Below are positions 32,220-41,001 of a stretch of 44,212 nt of DNA, piece after piece. Position 1 is the stretch's first letter. Every line of letters starts with the position of its first letter. A program made the position numbers and the translations under genes. Below the pieces are notes generated by a model that was not told the DNA's origin, did not search any database, and saw only the letters and a program-made list of their open reading frames with translations. Source of the DNA: Gemmatimonadales bacterium (GTDB lineage: Bacteria; Gemmatimonadota; Gemmatimonadetes; Gemmatimonadales; GWC2-71-9); the NCBI GenBank assembly GCA_038216165.1, contig JBBQQJ010000002.1:1-44212 (forward strand), read 5' to 3'.

Positions 32220-34007
32220 ATGGGGATGACGGCACTTACCGTGGGTCTCTGCCAGTTTCGCCCGTCGAAGGGGCGACCGGAGGACAACTTCGACCGCATC
32301 GAGGCGGCGTTCCGGGCAGCGGCGACCGCGCCGGTCCCGCCCGACGTCCTCGTCTTCCCCGAGGCGATCCTCACTGGCTACTTCCTGGAGGGCGGTGTCC
32401 TCGAGCATGCGCGCAGCGCCGAGGCGCTGTTCCTCGAGTTGTCGGAGCGGCACCAGCGCGCGGCCGCGCCGCCGCTGGAGGTGTGTCTCGGCTTCTACGA
32501 ACTGCACGATGATCACCTCTACAACGCTGCCGCATGGGTGGCGTTGGGTGGCAGCGACGCCGGGGTGCGTCACGTGCACCGCAAGCTGTTTCTCCCCACC
32601 TACGGGGTGTTCGACGAGGCCCGCTTCGTCGAAGCGGGGCGGGAAGTGCGCGCCTTCGATACCCGCTTTGGCCGGGCGGCAATGCTGGTGTGCGAGGATG
32701 CCTGGCACGGGCTCACGCCTGCGATCGCGGCCCTGGATGGCGCCCAGTTCATCGCCGTGGTGGCGGCAGGGGTGGCGCGCGGCCTCACGCCCGACGCCGC
32801 GCACCCCGGGCAGCCCAACTCGGTGGCCCGGTGGGAGCGGCTCGCGCGGGACGTCGCGGGGGAGCACGGCGTCTTCCTCGCCATGAGCCAGCTGGTGGGG
32901 TTCGAGGGCGGCAAGGCGTTCCTGGGCGGATCGATCCTGGCGGGGCCGGATGGCGAGGTGGTGGTGCGCGCCCCGCTCTTCGACGACGCGACGGTGCAGG
33001 CCACGGTGGACCTCGACCAGATCGCGCGGGTGCGCGCCGCCTCACCGCTGCTGTCGGACCTGGCCGAAAAGCTGCCGCACCTCGTGCGCCAGCTCGAGCG
33101 GGTGCAGCAGCCGCGCGCCGCGGCGCCCGACGGCCCCATGCGACGCCCCCCCCCCAGTACCGCCGCCGCGGTGGCGGCCCCGGCGCCGACCGATCGGTTG
33201 GTCATCGACCCGGCGCTCGCCCGTCGCTGGCTGGTGGAGTTCCTGCGTGACGAACTCACCCGTCGGCGCGGTTTCACCAAGGCGATCCTCGGTCTCTCGG
33301 GTGGTGTCGACTCGGCGGTGGTGGCGTATCTCGCGGCGGAGGCGCTCGGGCCGGAGTCGGTGATCGCGGTGCGCATGCCCTATCGCACGTCGAGCGAGGC
33401 CTCGCTGGCCCACGCCCGGCTCGTCACCGACGCCCTCGGCATCGAGGAGCGGACGGTGGATATCTCGGGTGCGGTGGACGGCTATGCCGCTGCGTGCGGC
33501 GAGCCGCCGTCGCCGGCGCGCCTCGGCAACGTGATGGCGCGCATGCGCATGATCACGCTGTTTGATCTCTCCGCCGCGCTGGGTGCGCTGCCGCTCGGCA
33601 CCGGAAACAAGAGCGAGCGACTGCTCGGCTACTTCACCTGGCACGCCGATGACACTCCGCCGATCAACCCGATCGGTGACCTCTTCAAGACCCAGGTGTG
33701 GGCACTGGCCCGCCACCTCGGGGTGCCGGAGGAGATCGTCACCAAGCCGGCCAGTGCCGACCTGATCGCAGGACAGACCGACGAATCGGATTTCGGCGTG
33801 TCCTACGCCGTGGCCGACACGATCCTCGACCTCGTGCTCCAGGGGCATGGTGAGTCAACGATCTGCGCCGCGGGGTTCAGTCCGGCGCAGGTGGCGCTGG
33901 TGCGCGGTCGGCTCGATGGCACGCACTGGAAGCGTCGCCCGGCGAGCGTCGCGATGGTCAGCGGGACCGCGGTGGGAGAGTATTATCTGCGCCCGGTGGA
34001 TTACTGA
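32220..34007 (+). CDS. nadE: glutamine-dependent NAD+ synthetase
   Basis: N-terminal CN-hydrolase triad context (VFPEAILTGY, HRKLFLPTYGVFDE, MLVCEDAWH) plus a C-terminal NAD synthetase PP-loop GLSGGVDSAV. 595 aa; start ATG 32220 or 32226. Confidence 0.92.
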   Translation: MGMTALTVGLCQFRPSKGRPEDNFDRIEAAFRAAATAPVPPDVLVFPEAILTGYFLEGGVLEHARSAEALFLELSERHQRAAAPPLEVCLGFYELHDDHLYNAAAWVALGGSDAGVRHVHRKLFLPTYGVFDEARFVEAGREVRAFDTRFGRAAMLVCEDAWHGLTPAIAALDGAQFIAVVAAGVARGLTPDAAHPGQPNSVARWERLARDVAGEHGVFLAMSQLVGFEGGKAFLGGSILAGPDGEVVVRAPLFDDATVQATVDLDQIARVRAASPLLSDLAEKLPHLVRQLERVQQPRAAAPDGPMRRPPPSTAAAVAAPAPTDRLVIDPALARRWLVEFLRDELTRRRGFTKAILGLSGGVDSAVVAYLAAEALGPESVIAVRMPYRTSSEASLAHARLVTDALGIEERTVDISGAVDGYAAACGEPPSPARLGNVMARMRMITLFDLSAALGALPLGTGNKSERLLGYFTWHADDTPPINPIGDLFKTQVWALARHLGVPEEIVTKPASADLIAGQTDESDFGVSYAVADTILDLVLQGHGESTICAAGFSPAQVALVRGRLDGTHWKRRPASVAMVSGTAVGEYYLRPVDY

Positions 34008-34123
34008 ATGCGAATGGCGACCTGCGAGCGGCGAACCCCGAGCGAGAAGCTCCCTGTCGCGGGGCAACTGGTCGGGGCCGGGCCTTTTGGCGCGGTTCGC
34101 TGTTCGCACCGTGAGGTATCGCC

Positions 34124-34585
34124 GTGAGCCCTGATACCCGGCCGATGTCCCACTCGCGTGGTGAAATCTCCACGCTTGTCATGCCGCACATGGCCAACAT
34201 CCTTGGCGACCTCTTCGGCGGCAACCTGATGTCGATGGTTGACCAGGCGGCGGCGATCGCCGCGATCCGGCATGCGGGGGGGCCGGCCGTGACCGCGTCG
34301 ATCCACCGGGTGGACTTTCGCGAGCGGATCCCGATGGGGGCACTGGTGACCTGTCTCGCGACGGTGGATTACGTGGGGACATCCTCGATGGACATCACGG
34401 TGGAGGTATGGGCCGAGAAGCCGAGCACCGGCGAGCGGCGCAACACGCACACGGCTCACGTCGTGTTCGTGGGGATCGATGACTACGGCCGGCCGAAGAA
34501 GGTGCCACGGTTGCTGCCGGAGACGGACGAGGAGCACGCACGGTTCGCGGCGGCCAAGGCCTACCGCGAGGAACAGCCGCGGTGA
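34124..34585 (+). CDS. acyl-CoA thioesterase (hotdog fold, YciA-like)
   Basis: MPHMANILGDLFGGNLMSMVDQAAAIAA ... TASIHRVDF ... VGTSSMDITVEVW. GAGG Shine-Dalgarno 8 nt upstream of GTG 34124. Confidence 0.85.
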   Translation: MSPDTRPMSHSRGEISTLVMPHMANILGDLFGGNLMSMVDQAAAIAAIRHAGGPAVTASIHRVDFRERIPMGALVTCLATVDYVGTSSMDITVEVWAEKPSTGERRNTHTAHVVFVGIDDYGRPKKVPRLLPETDEEHARFAAAKAYREEQPR

Positions 34586-35406
34586 CCGCACCGCGCGTGG
34601 CGGTGGTGCTGAGCGGGGGGGGGGCCAAGGCGGCCGCCCACCTGGGTGCCGCGCGCGCGCTGGCCGACGCGGGCATCGTCCCGGTCCACTGGATCGGCAC
34701 TTCGATGGGCGCGGTGATGGCGGCCGCACTCGCCAGCGGGGCCACCTCGGCCGGGCTGCTCGAGCGCTTCAGCAAGGTGCAGCGCCGGGACATCCTGCGG
34801 CGAGCGCCCTTCGCGCTGCTCAAGGGCGTGTGGGCCAACGCGCAGCTCGACCCGGCGCCCTTCCGGGCCACCATCGCCTCGCTCCTCACGGTGAGCCGCT
34901 TTGACGAGCTCCAGACGCCGTGCACCATCACCGCCGTCGAACGCGAGACCGGGCGTGAGGTGCGCTTCGGCACCGGAGGCGAGGATGCCCCGCTGCTCGA
35001 TGCCCTGATGGCGGCCTGTGCGCTGCCGCCGTACTATCCTGCGGCGACGGCGAACGGACGCGAGTTCTACGATGGTGGCCTGCGCGGGCCCGTGCCGTTG
35101 CGGGTGGCCGAGGGGATCCTCTGCGATTTCGTGGCGGTGATCGATGTCGGACCCGGCTTCGACGAAACCGGCACCCCCGTCCAGATGCCCCCCCCACTGC
35201 TCGCCGCCGCGGACACCGCCATCGGCTGGCTGATGGCCGGCACGACGCTGCTGCTCCGTGAACGCTGGGACCGCATCCCGGGCCTGCCACCCCTGCTCTG
35301 GATCCGTCCGACCAGCGACCGCGGTGCGACCTTCGCCCTCGACCGGATTCGGGAGTATGAGCGCGCCGGCCACCATGCGATGCAGGCGGCGCTGCAACAC
35401 CTGTGA
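34582..35406 (+). CDS. patatin-like phospholipase
   Basis: Oxyanion-hole LSGGGAKAAAHLG, nucleophile elbow GTSMGA, catalytic DGG (FYDGGLRG). GTGA overlap with the upstream stop. Confidence 0.88.
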   Translation: MTAPRVAVVLSGGGAKAAAHLGAARALADAGIVPVHWIGTSMGAVMAAALASGATSAGLLERFSKVQRRDILRRAPFALLKGVWANAQLDPAPFRATIASLLTVSRFDELQTPCTITAVERETGREVRFGTGGEDAPLLDALMAACALPPYYPAATANGREFYDGGLRGPVPLRVAEGILCDFVAVIDVGPGFDETGTPVQMPPPLLAAADTAIGWLMAGTTLLLRERWDRIPGLPPLLWIRPTSDRGATFALDRIREYERAGHHAMQAALQHL

Positions 35407-35434
35407 CGGCGATCAGCGATCAGCGAACACGGTG

Positions 35435-35474
35435 CCCCGTTCCCCGTTCCCCGTTCACCCCTCACCCTCACCCC
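35435..35474 (+). repeat. C-rich heptad tandem repeat element, copy 1
   Basis: CCCCGTT x3 then CACCCCT CACCCT CACCCC. It shares an identical 31-mer CCGTTCCCCGTTCCCCGTTCACCCCTCACCC with the reverse complement of 43458..43488 and ends 10 nt upstream of the ATG at 35485. Confidence 0.6.
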
Positions 35475-35484
35475 AGCAGGCCCC

Positions 35485-35943
35485 ATGACCGGACTCTGGC
35501 GCACTCTGCACTACCTCTCCTTCGTCGCCTGGATCGGCGGCGCCCTGGCGGCGATGCTCGCCGGCCTCACCATGCGTCGCCTCGATCGCGGGCTGTGGGG
35601 TGGCGTGGCGGAGGTGCAGGGCGCCATCTATCGTGCGCTGGTCGGGCCGGGGGCGATGATCAACATCGCCTCGGGGTTGCTGCTCACCTTCAAGCTCTAT
35701 GGGCAGATGTCGGGGCAGGTGGGGGCGTGGATGGGGACGATGCAGGCCGCCGGGGTGCTCGCCGCGCTGGTGACGCTGCTCGGCTCGATGCCGGCGGCGG
35801 GTCGCCTCTCGCGCCTCGAACCGATGGGTGAAACGGCCGCGGCGTTCGATGCCGCGCGGCAGCGGCTGGCGATCACCGGCTCCATCGCGGGCGCCCTCGC
35901 CCTCCTCGCGCTCGTTGCCGGCGCCCTGTACCGGGTCTCGTGA
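35485..35943 (+). CDS. hypothetical 4-TM membrane protein (DUF2269/CopD-like)
   Basis: 152 aa with four hydrophobic segments (LHYLSFVAWIGGALAAMLAGL, MINIASGLLLTF, AAGVLAALVTLLG, IAGALALLALVAGAL). Stop overlaps the next start (GTGA). Confidence 0.6.
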   Translation: MTGLWRTLHYLSFVAWIGGALAAMLAGLTMRRLDRGLWGGVAEVQGAIYRALVGPGAMINIASGLLLTFKLYGQMSGQVGAWMGTMQAAGVLAALVTLLGSMPAAGRLSRLEPMGETAAAFDAARQRLAITGSIAGALALLALVAGALYRVS

Positions 35944-37184
35944 CGCTCTCCCGTCGTGACCTCCTCGCGCTGGCTGGCACCACCCCGGCGCTGGCCTGGT
36001 TGCCGCGCGTGGGGTCAGGGGGGGGGCGCTCCGGTGCGCCCCTGCCCAGCGGCCCGGCGCCCGATGATGAGGCGGCATGGGAGCAGGTGTCCCGCGCCTT
36101 CCTCGTGGACGGCCTCCACTGCAACACCGGCACCTATGGCGCCTGTCCGATCCCGGTGCTCGAGGCGACCGTGGGTCATCTGCGAGCCTTCGAGCGGATC
36201 ACCACGCAGGCGCACGTGGATGGGGCGGCGTTGCACGCCGAGCTCGAGGCGTTCCTCGGCGCCTGGCCCGGGAGCGTGGCCGTGGTGCGCAACACCACCG
36301 AGGCCATGAACATCGTCGCCAACGGGATCGACCTCGCCCCCGGCGACGAAATCGTCACCACCACCCACGAGCACATCGGCGGCCGGTGTTGCTGGGAGCT
36401 CGCGGCACGGCGGCGCGGGGCGGTGCTCCGGACGTTCGATCCGCCGCTCGATCCCGACAGTGAGGCGCGCCAGGCCGCGGCGTGGATGGAGCAGGTCACG
36501 CCGCGGACCAAGGTCTTCTCGATTTCGCACGTGCACTTCACCACCGGGCTGGTGGAGCCGGTGGAGGCGCTGGTCCGCATGGCGCGTGAGCGGGGGATCA
36601 TCTCGGTGATCGACGGCGCGCATCCCCCGGGACTGTTCGCCCTCGACCTGCAGCGGATCGACGCCGACTACTACGCCAGCTCGCCGCACAAGTGGCTGCT
36701 CGCGCCCAAGGGGACGGGGCTCCTCGTCACGCGCCCCGACCGCGTGGCCACCACCTGGCCGCTGGTCGCGTCGGGGGAATGGGACGTGGACGACGCGCGC
36801 AAGTTCGAGCACGTCGGTACCGCGAATGAATCGCGCCTGGCTGGGTTGCGGGCGGCAGTGGCGTTCCATCAGGCGATCGGCCGCGAGGCGATCGAGGCAC
36901 GACTCCGCCTCCTCGCCGCACGGTTCGATGCCGCACTCCGGACAATCCCGCGCGTGCGGGTGCACTCGCCACGTCGCGAGGCGTTCCGGGGGGGGATGGT
37001 CGCCTGCACGGTGGAGGGGGTGCCAGCGGCGACGCTGCAGGCGGAGCTGGGGCGCGAGCGCATCCGCACCCGGCTGATCGCCGAGCACGGGCTGAACTAC
37101 CTGCGGCTCAGCGCGGGGCTCTACCTCGTGCCGCGGGACGTGGATCGCGTGGTGGCGCGGGTGGCGGACTTGGCACGCGGCTGA
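35940..37184 (+). CDS. class V aminotransferase-fold PLP enzyme with Tat signal (isopenicillin-N-epimerase / cysteine-desulfurase-like)
   Basis: Twin-arginine signal MTLSRRDLLALAGTTPALA. The PLP-lysine context SSPHKWLLAPKGTGLL and FSISHVHFTTG are typical of AAT class V. Confidence 0.85.
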   Translation: MTLSRRDLLALAGTTPALAWLPRVGSGGGRSGAPLPSGPAPDDEAAWEQVSRAFLVDGLHCNTGTYGACPIPVLEATVGHLRAFERITTQAHVDGAALHAELEAFLGAWPGSVAVVRNTTEAMNIVANGIDLAPGDEIVTTTHEHIGGRCCWELAARRRGAVLRTFDPPLDPDSEARQAAAWMEQVTPRTKVFSISHVHFTTGLVEPVEALVRMARERGIISVIDGAHPPGLFALDLQRIDADYYASSPHKWLLAPKGTGLLVTRPDRVATTWPLVASGEWDVDDARKFEHVGTANESRLAGLRAAVAFHQAIGREAIEARLRLLAARFDAALRTIPRVRVHSPRREAFRGGMVACTVEGVPAATLQAELGRERIRTRLIAEHGLNYLRLSAGLYLVPRDVDRVVARVADLARG

Positions 37185-37876
37185 GGCGGGGTGGCGGTGG
37201 CACAGACCGGGCGCACCGGGCAGCGGTCGCAGTGCATCACGCGGGCCGTGCAGACCAGGGCGCCGAGCTCCATGAGGGCCTGATTGGTGGTCCAGGCATC
37301 GAGGCCGCGTCGGCGCACGAGGGCTTGGGCGGTGGCCGCCAGATGGCGATCCGCGGCGGCGCCGTGCCGGAGTCCGGGGTGGAACACCCGCCGGAGCACC
37401 CGGGAGACATTGGTGTCCACCGCAGGCTCCGGGAGCTCGTAGGCGAACGAGGCGACCGCCCCGGCCGTGTACGGCCCGACCCCCGGCAGCGCCCGGAGGG
37501 CGAGGGCGGTCCGTGGCAATTGGCCCTGATGGTTCGTCACCACCTCGCGCGCCAGCCGCTGGAGGTTCGCGGCGCGGCGATAGTAGCCCAGTCCGGCCCA
37601 GGCCTCACGGACGCGGGAGGGTCGGGCGGCGGCCAAGGCGTCGAGGGAGGGGAAGCGCCGAAGGAAGCGATGCCAGTATCCTTCCACCCGGGCCACTTGG
37701 GTCTGCTGGAGCATCACCTCGGACACGAGGATCTGGTACGGGTCGCGCGTACGGCGCCACGGCAGGTCACGGCCCTCCCGGCGGAACCAGGCCAGGAGCC
37801 GGCGTTTGAAACGGCGACGAAGCGCCGGATCCGGGGTGAGGGAAGCGTTCACGGCAGTGCAACATAGGAGTAGCAT
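37121..37876 (-). CDS. mutY: A/G-specific adenine glycosylase, short form (HhH-GPD + [4Fe-4S] loop, no MutT-like C-terminal domain)
   Basis: LPWRRTRDPYQILVSEVMLQQTQV, GLGYYRRA, HhH LPGVGPYTAGAV, and FeS cluster loop CTARVMHCDRCPVRPVC (C-x6-C-x2-C-x5-C). Start ATG 37876 or GTG 37852. The upstream part of ORF 37121..38686 is antisense to mlaE. Confidence 0.75.
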   Translation of the reverse strand: MLLLCCTAVNASLTPDPALRRRFKRRLLAWFRREGRDLPWRRTRDPYQILVSEVMLQQTQVARVEGYWHRFLRRFPSLDALAAARPSRVREAWAGLGYYRRAANLQRLAREVVTNHQGQLPRTALALRALPGVGPYTAGAVASFAYELPEPAVDTNVSRVLRRVFHPGLRHGAAADRHLAATAQALVRRRGLDAWTTNQALMELGALVCTARVMHCDRCPVRPVCATATPPQPRAKSATRATTRSTSRGTR

Positions 37877-37903
37877 GCACCACGAGCGAGCGGGGAACCG
37901 GCG

Positions 37904-38689
37904 ATGAGCAGCCTCGCCACCCAGATTCAGCACCGGACCGGGCGGGCCGTGCTCGACGCCCTCGCGCACGTCGGGCGCTTTGCCGCGCTCGTGGGCGAGA
38001 TGGGGCGGGGTCTCACGGACTGGCGCATCTGGCTGCCCCGCACGGTGCAGGAGTCCTACAACATCGGGGTCGGCTCCCTCTTCATCGTGTTGCTCATTGC
38101 CTCGTTCGCCGGCGCGGTCACGGCACTGCAGGCCGGCTACCAGTTCACCGGTAATATTCCGATCTACGTGGTCGGCTCGCTGGTCACGGAATCGATCGTC
38201 CTCGAGCTCGGCCCCGTGCTCGTGGGCCTGATCCTCGCCGGTCGGATCGGCGCGCGCTACGCCGCCGAACTGGGTACCATGCGCGTCACTGAGCAGATCG
38301 ACGCGCTGGAGTCGCTCGGCCGCGCCCCGGCGAGTCACCTGCTGATTCCGCGCGTGCTGGCCTGTCTGCTGATGATCCCGGTGCTCGTGATCTTCGCCAA
38401 CGTGATCGGCGTGGCGGCCGGGTGGTTCGCCGCCAAGCAGGCCCTGCCGATTTCCGACCAGGACTTCGTCTACGGTGCGCGGGTCTTCTGGCGGCCGTTT
38501 GATGCGTGGTACTCCATCATCAAGGGTTTCTTCTTCGCGGGGGCGATCGGCTTGATCTCCTGCTACATGGGATTCACCACGCAGCAGGGAGCAGCCGGGG
38601 TCGGCCGTTCCACCACCGGGGCCGTCGTGAGCAGCTCGGTGATCATCCTGCTGCTCGACACGCTCCTCGCCAAGCTGTTGCTGCACTGA
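37904..38689 (+). CDS. mlaE: Mla-type ABC transporter permease
   Basis: 261 aa, MlaE pattern: ...ESYNIGVGSLFIVLL..., RIGARYAAELGTMRVTEQIDALESLG, and polytopic TM. Confidence 0.88.
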   Translation: MSSLATQIQHRTGRAVLDALAHVGRFAALVGEMGRGLTDWRIWLPRTVQESYNIGVGSLFIVLLIASFAGAVTALQAGYQFTGNIPIYVVGSLVTESIVLELGPVLVGLILAGRIGARYAAELGTMRVTEQIDALESLGRAPASHLLIPRVLACLLMIPVLVIFANVIGVAAGWFAAKQALPISDQDFVYGARVFWRPFDAWYSIIKGFFFAGAIGLISCYMGFTTQQGAAGVGRSTTGAVVSSSVIILLLDTLLAKLLLH

Positions 38690-39444
38690 TGATCGAGATC
38701 AAGGGCCTGACCAAGCGCTTCGGCGCCGCGGTGATTCTCGATGGCGTGGACCTCACCGTCCATGACGGCGATACCCTCGCCCTGCTGGGGCCCTCGGGCA
38801 CCGGCAAGAGCGTGTTGCTCAAGCACATCATCGGCCTGTTGCGTCCGGACGCCGGCGAGGTGATCGTCGATGAACAGCACGTGGAGGAGCTTTCGCGCAA
38901 GGAACTCTCCACGCTTCGGCGCACGATCGGCTATGTCTTCCAGAATGGCGCACTGTTTGACTCGATGAACGTGTTCGAGAACATCCGCCTCGGGCTCACC
39001 GACCCGAAGGAGTTTCGGGACATCGACTTCGCGCGAAACCGCGTCGCCGAGTGCCTCGCCCTCGTGAACCTCCCGGCCGAGACGGTGGAGAAGATGCCCG
39101 CGGAGCTCTCGGGCGGGATGCGCAAGCGGGTCGGGATCGCGCGGGCGATCGCCGGCCGCCCCAAGTACCTGCTGTATGATGAACCGACGTCGGGGCTCGA
39201 TCCCGTGAACTCCGACATCATCGACGCGCTGATCCGCCGCCTCGACACCGACCTCAACGTGACCGGTGTGATGGTCACCCACGATGTACGCGGCGCCTTC
39301 CGCACCGCCGACCGGATCGCACTGCTGACCGGCGGCCGGATCATCGCCGAGGGGACGCCGGAGGAGTTTCGCGCGTCCGACAACCCCGAGGTGCGCGCGT
39401 TCCTCGAGCGCGACTTCGAGCTGGCCCATCCTGACCCGGACTGA
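38689..39444 (+). CDS. mlaF: Mla-type ABC transporter ATP-binding protein
   Basis: Walker A GPSGTGKS, signature LSGGMRKRV, Walker B LLYDEPTSGLD, H-loop VTHD. ATG overlaps the mlaE stop by 1 nt. Confidence 0.92.
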   Translation: MIEIKGLTKRFGAAVILDGVDLTVHDGDTLALLGPSGTGKSVLLKHIIGLLRPDAGEVIVDEQHVEELSRKELSTLRRTIGYVFQNGALFDSMNVFENIRLGLTDPKEFRDIDFARNRVAECLALVNLPAETVEKMPAELSGGMRKRVGIARAIAGRPKYLLYDEPTSGLDPVNSDIIDALIRRLDTDLNVTGVMVTHDVRGAFRTADRIALLTGGRIIAEGTPEEFRASDNPEVRAFLERDFELAHPDPD

Positions 39445-39447
39445 CCG

Positions 39448-40335
39448 ATGAAGATGCACTCGTATTACAAGGAAGCCGCCGTCGGGCTGATCGTCATCAT
39501 GGGCGTGATGCTTTTCGTACTCGGCACCATGTGGCTGCGCGGCCGGGCGTGGGGGAATCCACCCGCCCTCACCGCCGCCTTCACCGATGTCCTGACGCTC
39601 AAGGAGGGCTCACCGGTGCGGGTCTCCGGCGCGGTGATCGGCTCGGTCGAGCAGATTCGCCTCGACGCCCCCGGTCGCGTGCTCGTCACCATGACCTACA
39701 ATGACAAGCTGGTGATGCCGACAGTCAACGCGCGCGCCGCGCTCATCGGGATTGGCATGCTCGGCGACATGGCGATCGACCTCGACCCGGGGAGCGGTGC
39801 CCCGCTCCCCGACGGGACGGTGATCGACGGGACCGTGACCGCGGGGATCTTCGACCAGGCCGGCGACCTGATGGGCCAGGCGTCCACCACGATGGCCTCG
39901 CTCAACGCGATGTTCGACACCGCGCTGGTGGTGGACCTCCGGCGCACGCTCGCCAGCTCCGAGCGGCTGCTCGCCTATCTCGCCGATGCCCGCACCGGCC
40001 CGACGGCGGAGGTGAATGCCACCATGCGCGCGCTGCAGGGGGTGTCGACCCGGCTCGACTCCACCCTCGGGGCCGTCGATGCCCGGGCCCTCGGGGCCCG
40101 CCTCGACTCCACGCTGCAGAGCACCCAGGCGCTCGCCACCCAGCTGGCGGCCTCCTCCGCCCAGATCGACTCGATCCTCGCCGGGATCCGGCGCGGCGAG
40201 GGGACCCTCGGCAAGCTGGCCGCCGACAGCGGGCTGTACGTGGACCTCCGGCGCACCCTGCAGTCCACCAGCGACCTGATCGACGAGCTCGCCAAGAACC
40301 CGGGCAAGGTGGGGATCACCGTCAAGCTCTTCTGA
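39448..40335 (+). CDS. mlaD: MCE-domain substrate-binding protein
   Basis: N-terminal TM AAVGLIVIMGVMLFVLG, MCE core LKEGSPVRVSGAVIGSVEQIRLD, and a helical C-terminal extension. Confidence 0.85.
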   Translation: MKMHSYYKEAAVGLIVIMGVMLFVLGTMWLRGRAWGNPPALTAAFTDVLTLKEGSPVRVSGAVIGSVEQIRLDAPGRVLVTMTYNDKLVMPTVNARAALIGIGMLGDMAIDLDPGSGAPLPDGTVIDGTVTAGIFDQAGDLMGQASTTMASLNAMFDTALVVDLRRTLASSERLLAYLADARTGPTAEVNATMRALQGVSTRLDSTLGAVDARALGARLDSTLQSTQALATQLAASSAQIDSILAGIRRGEGTLGKLAADSGLYVDLRRTLQSTSDLIDELAKNPGKVGITVKLF

Positions 40336-40377
40336 GGGAACCTTCGCCGCGTCGTGGCGGTACTCCCGTTACACTTC

Positions 40378-40409
40378 GGGCGGCCCGCACCGGGCTGCCC
40401 GTTTCTTTA
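40378..40409 (+). terminator. rho-independent terminator after mlaD
   Basis: 9-bp stem GGGCGGCCC / GGGCTGCCC (one G-U pair), 5-nt loop GCACC, followed by GTTTCTTTA. It lies 43 nt after the mlaD stop. Confidence 0.65.
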
Positions 40410-40440
40410 TGGGGACCAGTTCCCCCCCGGGAGACTAGAC

Positions 40441-41001
40441 GTGTCCGACATCCAGGCCCACGTCCGAGGCATCCTCCTCGCCCTTGGCGAGGATCCCGAC
40501 CGTGACGGGCTGCAGAAGACGCCCGAGCGCGTCGAGAAGGCGCTGCGCTTCCTCACCCAGGGCTACCAGATGAGCGCCGAGCGCGTGATCGGCGACGCCC
40601 TGTTCGAGGAGATCCATCACAACATGGTGGTGGTCCGTGACATCGAGTTCTACTCGCAGTGCGAGCACCACATGCTGCCGTTCTTCGGCAAGGCCCACGT
40701 GGCCTACATCCCCGATGGGCGGATCGTCGGGCTGAGCAAGATGGCCCGCGTGGTGGACGTCTTCGCCCGGCGCCTCCAGGTACAGGAGCGGATGACCGAC
40801 CAGATCGCCGACGCCCTCGTGCAGGAGCTCAAGCCGAACGGCGTGGGGGTGGTGCTCGAGGCGTCACACTTCTGCATGATGATGCGCGGCGTCGAAAAGC
40901 AGAACGCCAAGACGATCACCTCCGCAATGCGCGGCTCCTTCCGCGACGACGGCCGCACCCGCGAGGAGTTCCTCCGCCTGGTGCACAACGGCGGCCGATG
41001 A
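40441..41001 (+). CDS. folE: GTP cyclohydrolase I
   Basis: [51 protein letters not shown] 40441 preceded by GGGAGA. Confidence 0.92.
   Translation: MSDIQAHVRGILLALGEDPDRDGLQKTPERVEKALRFLTQGYQMSAERVIGDALFEEIHHNMVVVRDIEFYSQCEHHMLPFFGKAHVAYIPDGRIVGLSKMARVVDVFARRLQVQERMTDQIADALVQELKPNGVGVVLEASHFCMMMRGVEKQNAKTITSAMRGSFRDDGRTREEFLRLVHNGGR

Noticed and set aside
32191-32226. Possible -10 (TAGATT, 32214..32219) giving a leaderless nadE transcript from ATG 32226
   Set aside because: There is no convincing -35 (GGCAAT), and two alternative ATGs exist. The evidence is too weak to call, unlike the tlpA case with a perfect TTGACA.
35411-35424. Tandem GATCAGC GATCAGC just after the patatin stop
   Set aside because: Two copies of a 7-mer could easily arise by chance, and I saw no further copies in the window.
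36015-37088. 357-aa minus-strand ORF opposite the class V aminotransferase
   Set aside because: Antisense shadow ORF; the plus frame has the Tat signal and PLP-lysine motif.
38563-39459. 298-aa minus-strand ORF opposite mlaF
   Set aside because: The antisense of an ABC ATPase commonly stays open in high-GC DNA. The plus frame has Walker A/B and signature motifs.
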